DNA from: Prevotella sp. | Lineage (GTDB): Bacteria > Bacteroidota > Bacteroidia > Bacteroidales > Dysgonomonadaceae | Reading direction: 5' to 3' | DNA: 64,000 bases | NCBI GenBank assembly: GCA_031285625.1 | Contig: JAITVV010000073.1 | Coordinates: forward strand, 32,001 to 96,000 | Shown here: in pieces, positions 57,328 to 64,000 of the stretch | How the letters are laid out: each line of letters opens with the position of its first letter | Numbering within the stretch: the stretch's first letter is position 1 | Made by a program: the position numbers and the translations under genes | The notes under the pieces: generated by a model | What the model saw: only the letters and a program-made list of their open reading frames with translations | What the model was told of the DNA's origin: nothing | Database searches by the model: none

Positions 57328-58494
57328 ATGAAGGTAAAATTACTGGTAATATTATGGTCCTTGTCATCTGCCCTGTTGGCAGGTGATGGGGCAAAATATT
57401 ATATTCAAATGACTGACTCCGAAATAAAGCGTAATCCTGAAGGATGGATGCTTGATTTCTCAAAAGCTCCGAAATGGAACTATTGTCACGGACTGGAGGT
57501 GCAAGCCTTTTTTCAGGTATGGCAAAAAACTTTCAATCAGAAGTATTATGACTATGTATATGGTTTTGCCGACCTGATGGTAGAACAGGATGGACAAATA
57601 AAAACCTATAAACCGCTGGAATATAATATTGACCGTGTAAATTCGGGGAAGTTTTTATTTCCGATATATGCCCTTACCAAACAGGAACGCTTCAAGAAAG
57701 CGCTAGACCTGATACGGGAGCAAATGCGCACGCATCCCCGGACAAAGGATGGTAGTTTTTGGCACAAGAAAATTTATCCTCATCAAGTATGGCTTGATGG
57801 TTTGTATATGGCTGGTCCTTATCTTGCCGAATATGCAAAAACATTCAACGAACCTGAACTATACGATGATGTAGCTGTACAAATACTGGATGTATACAAG
57901 TACATGTACGACCCAAAGACTGGCTTATACTATCATGGTTGGGACGAAAGCCGTCAGCAACGTTGGGCTGACCCTGTAACCGGGCTGTCGCCTAATTTCT
58001 GGTCGAGAAGTATAGGCTGGTATATGATGGCTATGGTCGATGTTCTCGATTTTTTACCGGAAGAGCATACAAAACGCGGAGAAATAATCTGCTTATTTAA
58101 GAATCTATGCTCTGCTATAGAAAAATACAGAGACACTGATACAGGCATGTGGTATCAAGTAACCGACCAGATGGGACGTGAAGGAAACTATATAGAATCC
58201 AGTGCTTCTGCTATGTTTATCTATTCATGGGTGAAGGGTAGCCAGAAGGGTTATCTGGATGAAAGCTATCTCGAAAAAGGGGAAAAAGCTTATGACCAGT
58301 TTATTAAACGTTTTATAAAAAACAATGAAGATGGTACTATCTCCCTGACAGACGGTTGTGCTGTAGCAGGACTTGGAGGTGAAAAAAATTATCGCGATGG
58401 AAGTTATGAATATTATATAAATGAACCTGTGCGCGATAACGACCCTAAGTCTGTCGGGCCATTTATTATGGTGAGTGCCATGCTGGACAGGTAA
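57328..58494 (+). CDS. GH105 unsaturated (rhamno)galacturonyl hydrolase
   Basis: FWHKKIYPHQVWLDGLYM, YHGWDE, FWSRSIGW, ESSASAM. Confidence 0.95.
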   Translation: MKVKLLVILWSLSSALLAGDGAKYYIQMTDSEIKRNPEGWMLDFSKAPKWNYCHGLEVQAFFQVWQKTFNQKYYDYVYGFADLMVEQDGQIKTYKPLEYNIDRVNSGKFLFPIYALTKQERFKKALDLIREQMRTHPRTKDGSFWHKKIYPHQVWLDGLYMAGPYLAEYAKTFNEPELYDDVAVQILDVYKYMYDPKTGLYYHGWDESRQQRWADPVTGLSPNFWSRSIGWYMMAMVDVLDFLPEEHTKRGEIICLFKNLCSAIEKYRDTDTGMWYQVTDQMGREGNYIESSASAMFIYSWVKGSQKGYLDESYLEKGEKAYDQFIKRFIKNNEDGTISLTDGCAVAGLGGEKNYRDGSYEYYINEPVRDNDPKSVGPFIMVSAMLDR

Positions 58495-58503
58495 CATTCG
58501 AGC

Positions 58504-58569
58504 GTAGGGGCGTATTGCATACGCCCGAAGACAAAATCACATAAGCGGGTGTATGCAATACACCCCTAC
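58504..58569. repeat. GTAG-type REP doublet (REPIN-like)
   Basis: GTAGGGGCGTATTGCATACGCCC ... GGGTGTATGCAATACACCCCTAC: two inverted palindromic REPs. Confidence 0.88.
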
Positions 58570-58583
58570 AAGTAAACTAAATC

Positions 58584-59969
58584 ATGAAAAAACTATTATT
58601 ATTTTTTTTAGCAATATTCTATGTTCTACTTGCTTTTCCGCAAACACCCGCTTTCCCGGGTGCTGAGGGTGGAGGAATGTACACAACCGGAGGACGTGGA
58701 GGAAAGGTGTATTATGTAAATACACTGGAAGATACAATGATGGGTAATAAAAAGGCACAGGAAGGAACACTTCGCTGGTGCCTGAAACAAAAAGGTGCAA
58801 AAACAATCCTTTTCAAAGTAGCGGGAATTATTCATCTGAAATCAAAACTTATAGTATCAGACAGCACAACAATTGCCGGACAAAGCGCACCGGGGGATGG
58901 TATCTGTATTGCAAATTATTCCGTAAGGATAGAAGGCGATAATATAATTATCCGCTATATACGTTTCCGTATGGGAGATTTATGCGGAGTAGAAGATGAT
59001 GCTCTGTATGGCTACCGCAACAGGGATATTATTATAGACCACTGTTCTATGAGTTGGAGCACTGATGAATGCGCTTCATTCTACGACAATGAGAATTTCA
59101 CAATGCAATGGTGTATTATTTCAGAAAGCCTGAGAGCTTCAGTTCACAAAAAGGGAACACATGGCTATGGTGCTATCTGGGGTGGAAAGAAAGCCTCTTA
59201 TCACCATAATCTGCTGGCACATCACGACAGCCGCAATCCCCGTATGTGTGGTAGCCGTTACAGCAACCAGCCGGAGTTGGAGTTAGTTGATTTCAGAAAT
59301 AATGTAATATATAATTGGGGAAGTAACAGTGGTTATGCAGGAGAAGGAGGCAGATACAATTTCGTCAACAATTATTATAAACCATCAGCAACATCGTCTA
59401 ACCGTGGCCGGATATTTTCACCGAATGCGGATGAGGGAGCAAACAAACAAGCCGAAGGTGTATGGGGTACTTTTTATCTGAGTGGCAACTATATGTTTGA
59501 CAATGACGAAGTAACAAAGAATAATCTTTTAGGATTACAGCCGAACCCCAAATCCAAAGATATACAGGATATAATATCTCCCGTTCCGTTTGATATTCCG
59601 TTTGTAACAACAGATGATGCGGGGTCAGCATTTCAAAAAGTATTGAAATACGCAGGAGCAAGCTACAAAAGAGATAAAACAGATGAACGCATAGTAAACG
59701 AAGTTGAAAATGGTCTGACACCAGTCAGAGCATCACATAATGCAGGAACAAAACCCGGTATGATAGATTCACAGAAAGATGTAGGTGGATGGGAAACATA
59801 TTCCTATGCCCCTGAGTCTGTTCCTGTAGATTCAAATATAGATGGTATCCCGGACGGCTGGCTCGAAAAACATTATCCGACAAAAACGGCAAATGATTTA
59901 AATGAAGAAGGCTATACTTATCTTGAAGTATATTTGAATAGTCTGATAAATATCGCTGAGGATGTCTAA
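58584..59969 (+). CDS. PL1 pectate lyase
   Basis: AFPGAEGGG..TTGGRGG, TIAGQSAPGDG, IDHCSMSWSTDE, HHDSRNPR. Confidence 0.95.
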   Translation: MKKLLLFFLAIFYVLLAFPQTPAFPGAEGGGMYTTGGRGGKVYYVNTLEDTMMGNKKAQEGTLRWCLKQKGAKTILFKVAGIIHLKSKLIVSDSTTIAGQSAPGDGICIANYSVRIEGDNIIIRYIRFRMGDLCGVEDDALYGYRNRDIIIDHCSMSWSTDECASFYDNENFTMQWCIISESLRASVHKKGTHGYGAIWGGKKASYHHNLLAHHDSRNPRMCGSRYSNQPELELVDFRNNVIYNWGSNSGYAGEGGRYNFVNNYYKPSATSSNRGRIFSPNADEGANKQAEGVWGTFYLSGNYMFDNDEVTKNNLLGLQPNPKSKDIQDIISPVPFDIPFVTTDDAGSAFQKVLKYAGASYKRDKTDERIVNEVENGLTPVRASHNAGTKPGMIDSQKDVGGWETYSYAPESVPVDSNIDGIPDGWLEKHYPTKTANDLNEEGYTYLEVYLNSLINIAEDV

Positions 59970-60001
59970 AACGATATTGTACTAGAAAGTGTAATTCTCT
60001 T

Positions 60002-60071
60002 TGTCATTCTGAATGCAATGAAGAATCCCAACCCTCCTGACACGAGATGTTTCACTCCGTTCAACAGGACA
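60002..60071. repeat. Degenerate TGTCA-type palindromic repeat element
   Basis: TGTCATTCTGAATGCAATGAAGAATC...GAGATGTTTCACTCCGTTCAACAGGACA; resembles TGTCATTCTGA..GAAGAATC / ..ATGACA REP-like elements. Confidence 0.6.
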
Positions 60072-60099
60072 AAAAACAATAATTACTATTAATTTTTAT

Positions 60100-61050
60100 A
60101 TGAAACATATTGCTATTATTTGCATCTTTTTTTTCTCTCTGAGCGCCATCGCTCAGGAAAAAACTGAAATTATTGTAGACCGCAACGGCACAGGTGATTT
60201 CAGAAATATACAGGAAGCAATAAACTCGGTACGTACTGCCGACCCAAGGGGCCGGATTACCATCCGCATCAAAAACGGAATATATAAAGAAAAGCTAATC
60301 TTGCCCCCTCATGTGACAAATATTCATTTTATAGGAGAAAACAGGGATAAAACCGTTATCAATCACGACGACCATGCCAATATCAACAAGATGGGTACCT
60401 TCAAGACCTATACTTTTCTGTTGAGTGGTAACGATATTACATTAGAGAATCTCACCATAGAAAATTCTTCCGAGCCACTTGGGCAAGCTGTAGCCCTACA
60501 TATCGAAGGCGACAGGGTAATACTTCGCAACTGCCGTTTACTCGGACATCAGGATACACTGTATGCAGGCAGGGACGGAGCTCGTCAGTATTTCGAAAAT
60601 TGTTATATTGAGGGAACTACCGACTTTATCTTTGGGCCGTCAACTGCATGGTTCGAAGGGTGTACAATCCATTGCAAAAAGAATTCATATATTACGGCAG
60701 CTAATACTCCACAGAATATAAAATACGGTTATATTTTTAATGACTGTAATATAACACTGGCAAAGGATGTTAATACCATGTACCTTGGCCGTCCGTGGCG
60801 CGCTTATGCCATGACCCTTTTTATGAACTGCACTTTACCCAAAGGTATAAAACCCGAAGGTTGGCATAACTGGAACAGTGAGGCGAACGAAAAAACCGCC
60901 CGCTATATGGAGTACAACAATAAAGGCGAAGGCTCCAATACAAACAACAGAGTAAAATGGGCAAAATTATTAACAGAATCGGAGGTCAAAGAATATACTG
61001 TACAAAACGTATTAAGCGGCTGTGACAACTGGAATCCTCAAAAAAAATGA
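60100..61050 (+). CDS. CE8 pectin methylesterase
   Basis: GIYKEK, QAVAL, QDTLY, DFIFG, LGRPW motifs. Confidence 0.96.
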   Translation: MKHIAIICIFFFSLSAIAQEKTEIIVDRNGTGDFRNIQEAINSVRTADPRGRITIRIKNGIYKEKLILPPHVTNIHFIGENRDKTVINHDDHANINKMGTFKTYTFLLSGNDITLENLTIENSSEPLGQAVALHIEGDRVILRNCRLLGHQDTLYAGRDGARQYFENCYIEGTTDFIFGPSTAWFEGCTIHCKKNSYITAANTPQNIKYGYIFNDCNITLAKDVNTMYLGRPWRAYAMTLFMNCTLPKGIKPEGWHNWNSEANEKTARYMEYNNKGEGSNTNNRVKWAKLLTESEVKEYTVQNVLSGCDNWNPQKK

Positions 61051-61832
61051 TTATGACAAACAAGAGAAATATAATATTTGCTTTGCTGATTATAAGCACA
61101 TCATTATTTGCACAGAAACGTATCTTTATGATGGGTGATTCCACAATGGCAGATAAGCTCATATTCAAGGTTGTGAAAGATAGTATATCGGGCGACTCTA
61201 TTTTTGAGCCTTTCCCCGAAAAAGGCTGGGGACAGCTTCTCCCCGCTTTTTTGACAGAAAATGTACAGGTAAAGAACTTTGCAAAAAATGGCAGAAGTTC
61301 ACGCACATTTATAGAAGAAGGTTTGTGGCAACAAGTGATCGATAGCTTACAAAAGGATGATTTCCTTATTATCCAGTTCGGACATAATGATGCTTCGAAA
61401 GAAAAGGTAGACCGTTATACAACTCCCGAAGAATATGTCCGGAATTTTACAATGTTTGTACAAAAAGCAAAAGAAAAAGGAGCTAATCCCATTATCTGTA
61501 CTTCTGTAGCAAGACGCAGATTCGACCAAAGTGGTATATTTCAGGACTCTCATGGCGAATACCTCGATTTAGCACGGAATGTAGCTAAAGCTGAGAAAAT
61601 CCCGATGATAGATATGTACGAAAAAAGTAAGGAACTGATTATAAAGATGGGGGATGAAAAATCCAAATCCTTATTCCTACACCTAAAACCCGGAGAAAAC
61701 ATGAATTTTCCGGAAGGTAAAATAGACAATACACACTTTAACGAAAGAGGAGCGCTTCTTATGGCATCCCTCTTTCTGGAAGGGCTAAAAGAACAAAATA
61801 TAACAACATTAACAGAAGAAATTAAAAAGTGA
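61047..61832 (+). CDS. CE12 rhamnogalacturonan/pectin acetylesterase (SGNH)
   Basis: GDST, GWGQ, GRSSRTF, QFGHND, DNTHF. Confidence 0.94.
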   Translation: MIMTNKRNIIFALLIISTSLFAQKRIFMMGDSTMADKLIFKVVKDSISGDSIFEPFPEKGWGQLLPAFLTENVQVKNFAKNGRSSRTFIEEGLWQQVIDSLQKDDFLIIQFGHNDASKEKVDRYTTPEEYVRNFTMFVQKAKEKGANPIICTSVARRRFDQSGIFQDSHGEYLDLARNVAKAEKIPMIDMYEKSKELIIKMGDEKSKSLFLHLKPGENMNFPEGKIDNTHFNERGALLMASLFLEGLKEQNITTLTEEIKK

Positions 61833-63460
61833 AACTATTCATAAAAATAGCATTAATTATATTTCTTTGCTTTGCTTCCTATAGCATTAATGCACAGAGT
61901 TATATATCCAAAGTCTGGGTTTCCGACCTCGGCAACGGCACATATAAGAATCCTATACTTTATGCGGATTATTCCGACCCGGATGTATGCAGAGTTGGGC
62001 ATGATTATTATATGACTGCATCCAGCTTCAATTGCATTCCGGGATTACCTGTTCTGCATTCTAAAGATATGGTAAACTGGACAATTATAGGTCATGCTAT
62101 AAGTAGAATGCCTGAATATGCTTCATTCGGAGAAGGTGTAAATCACGGAGGAGGTGTCTGGGCGCCTTCTATACGTCATCATAATGGAGAATTCTATATT
62201 TACTATGGTGACCCTGACTTGGGTATATTTATGACCAAAAGCCAAAATCCCGCAGGCAGATGGGAACCTCTTACTTTGGTAAAAGAAGGAAAAGGATTGA
62301 TAGACCCATGTCCTTTATTTGATGATGACGGAAAAGTCTATCTGGCACATGCTTATGCTGGCAGCCGTGCAGGGATAAAGAGTTTATTGGCAGTTACACG
62401 CCTGACTCCTGATGGAAAAAAAACGATTGGGGAATCAAAGGTTATTTACGACGGACACGATATTGACCCCACAATAGAAGGCCCTAAATTCTACAAAAGA
62501 AATGGCTACTATTATATATTCGCTCCTGCCGGAGGTGTCGCTACAGGCTGGCAACTGGCAATGCGCTCAAAAGATATTTTCGGCCCATACGAACGAAAAG
62601 TAGTTATGGAACAGGGTAATACACCAATCAATGGCCCTCATCAGGGTGCATGGGTGGATACTACAACTGGTGAAGACTGGTTCTTTCATTTTCAAGATGT
62701 GGGAGCAATGGGACGTCTAGTACATTTGCAGCCTATGATTTGGAAAAACGACTGGCCGGTCATTGGTGAAGACAAAGACAATAAGGGTTGTGGTAATCCT
62801 GTATCGACATACAAAAAGCCAAATGCAGGAAACATTTATCCTATTACAACACCTGTGGAAAGTGACGAATTTTCGACAAACAACTTAAGTCTGCAATGGC
62901 AATGGCATGCCAATCCTCAATCGTGGTGGTATTTTGCCAATCAGGAAAAAGGATGTCTAAGCCTGTATTCTATACCTGTTGCGGATGATTATAAAAACTT
63001 GTGGAGTGTTCCGAACCTACTATTACAGAAAATTCCTGCACCGGAATTCATTGCAACCATAAAGTTGACATTCAAGCCTGATACACGCTACTATGGAGAG
63101 CGCACAGGGTTAGTTGTGATGGGTATTGATTACGGACTCTTATCCTTCGAAAGTTCGGAAAATGGATATATCCTATCCCAGAATGAATGTATCGATGCAG
63201 AGAAAGGAGCAAAAGAGACAGTAAATGAATCGGTGATACTAAAAGAACCGGCTGTCTACCTGAGAGTAAAGATGTCACCGGATACATCATGTGTATTCAG
63301 CTATAGTACTGATGACAAAAATTATAAAAAACTAGGTAAAAGCTTTAAAGCCAGAGAAGGTAAATGGATTGGAGCTAAAATAGGAACATTTTGTATACGT
63401 CCCATCCAAAAGAATGATGGCGGGCGTGTTGATATAGATTGGTTCAGGGTTACTGAATAA
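61829..63460 (+). CDS. GH43 beta-xylosidase/arabinofuranosidase (subfamily 10-like) with C-terminal beta-sandwich
   Basis: DYSDPD, WAPS, IDPCP, IEGPK, GPHQG; GTG start overlapping the CE12 stop. Confidence 0.92.
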   Translation: MKLFIKIALIIFLCFASYSINAQSYISKVWVSDLGNGTYKNPILYADYSDPDVCRVGHDYYMTASSFNCIPGLPVLHSKDMVNWTIIGHAISRMPEYASFGEGVNHGGGVWAPSIRHHNGEFYIYYGDPDLGIFMTKSQNPAGRWEPLTLVKEGKGLIDPCPLFDDDGKVYLAHAYAGSRAGIKSLLAVTRLTPDGKKTIGESKVIYDGHDIDPTIEGPKFYKRNGYYYIFAPAGGVATGWQLAMRSKDIFGPYERKVVMEQGNTPINGPHQGAWVDTTTGEDWFFHFQDVGAMGRLVHLQPMIWKNDWPVIGEDKDNKGCGNPVSTYKKPNAGNIYPITTPVESDEFSTNNLSLQWQWHANPQSWWYFANQEKGCLSLYSIPVADDYKNLWSVPNLLLQKIPAPEFIATIKLTFKPDTRYYGERTGLVVMGIDYGLLSFESSENGYILSQNECIDAEKGAKETVNESVILKEPAVYLRVKMSPDTSCVFSYSTDDKNYKKLGKSFKAREGKWIGAKIGTFCIRPIQKNDGGRVDIDWFRVTE

Positions 63461-63548
63461 TTATTTTAGATTGTTTTTAGATTGATTTAGAGTAAGGAGG
63501 TAAGTTCTACTTTATACTTGCCTCCTCTCTTCTCAAAAATTAAAAAAG

Positions 63549-64000
63549 ATGAAATTGTATCTGATTATATTATCTTTCCTTTACTGTTGCATCGCAGATG
63601 CACAGTTGATCGATGGTACTCCTCGTGATACAACTTTTACTGTACATAGTGCTTATATCAAAGAGCAGAAAAAGCGCCCTTATATCGAAATTGTAAAACC
63701 GCGACTACCAAAGAATGTAAAAGCGACTGAAAATATACACTATTCTAATCCTATACCAAACCGTCACCTTAACCTCAATATATACAGACCTGATGATGAA
63801 TGTAAATATCCTGCCCTACTGATGGTACATGGAGGCGGATGGAGTTCAGGTAATTTATCCATGCAGATTCCGATGGCACAACAAATTGCTTCCAAAGGAT
63901 ATGTAACAATTCCTGTCGAATATCGTTTATCACCCGAAGCCTTATACCCTGCTGCCATTTATGATTTGAAAACAGCTATACGCTGGATTCGGGCAAATGC
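63549..64000 (+). CDS. Alpha/beta-hydrolase esterase (3' partial)
   Basis: Own translation MKLYLIILSFLYCCIADAQ...PALLMVHGGGWSSG...VEYRLSPEALYPAAIYDLKTAIRWIRAN; open to the window end, not in the ORF track. Confidence 0.88.
   Translation, partial: MKLYLIILSFLYCCIADAQLIDGTPRDTTFTVHSAYIKEQKKRPYIEIVKPRLPKNVKATENIHYSNPIPNRHLNLNIYRPDDECKYPALLMVHGGGWSSGNLSMQIPMAQQIASKGYVTIPVEYRLSPEALYPAAIYDLKTAIRWIRAN

Noticed and set aside
682-63958. Many short ORFs in the track overlapping long genes (e.g. 682-993, 4013-4360, 23086-23484, 31674-32057, 39949-40494, 41059-41463, 59398-59721)
   Set aside because: They are antisense or out-of-frame shadows of well-supported genes and have no recognisable motifs.
1-64000. 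tRNA, rRNA, integrase, transposase or prophage genes
   Set aside because: None were recognisable by eye in ORFs or intergenic regions. A covariance-model search was not run, so small ncRNAs cannot be excluded.

Overview
AT-rich Bacteroidota chromosome segment; the gene content and TAnnTTTG promoters suggest a Dysgonomonas/Porphyromonadaceae-like organism (inference). In order: 3' end of carB; two small hypothetical genes; a divergent AraC / MarR-RND efflux operon with a convergent NifX-like gene; a hybrid two-component system (HTCS) facing a TonB-dependent-receptor-like gene broken by one in-frame TAG; a DEDDh exonuclease; a TPR/LuxR-type membrane regulator plus beta-barrel receptor; a 28-codon ArsR remnant with its likely operator; a PTP-type phosphatase lipoprotein; a Spy-like protein; an AddB-like nuclease; an orphan mosaic lipoprotein (fasciclin + SusC-type loop + compact SusD); a MATE pump; a complete pstSCAB-phoU-phoB-phoR cluster; suhB; and a pectin (homogalacturonan) locus: uxaA-uxaB-DUF4861, HTCS, SusC/SusD, surface lipoprotein, GH28, GH105, PL1, CE8, CE12, GH43 and an esterase. 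I found no rRNA, tRNA, CRISPR array or transposase. Best leads: the orphan SusC-loop/SusD chimera, a dispersed ~55-60 bp inverted-repeat element that carries the -7 promoter of three unrelated genes, the amber-split receptor, and the ArsR deletion scar. All family assignments come from motif recognition by eye; no searches were run.
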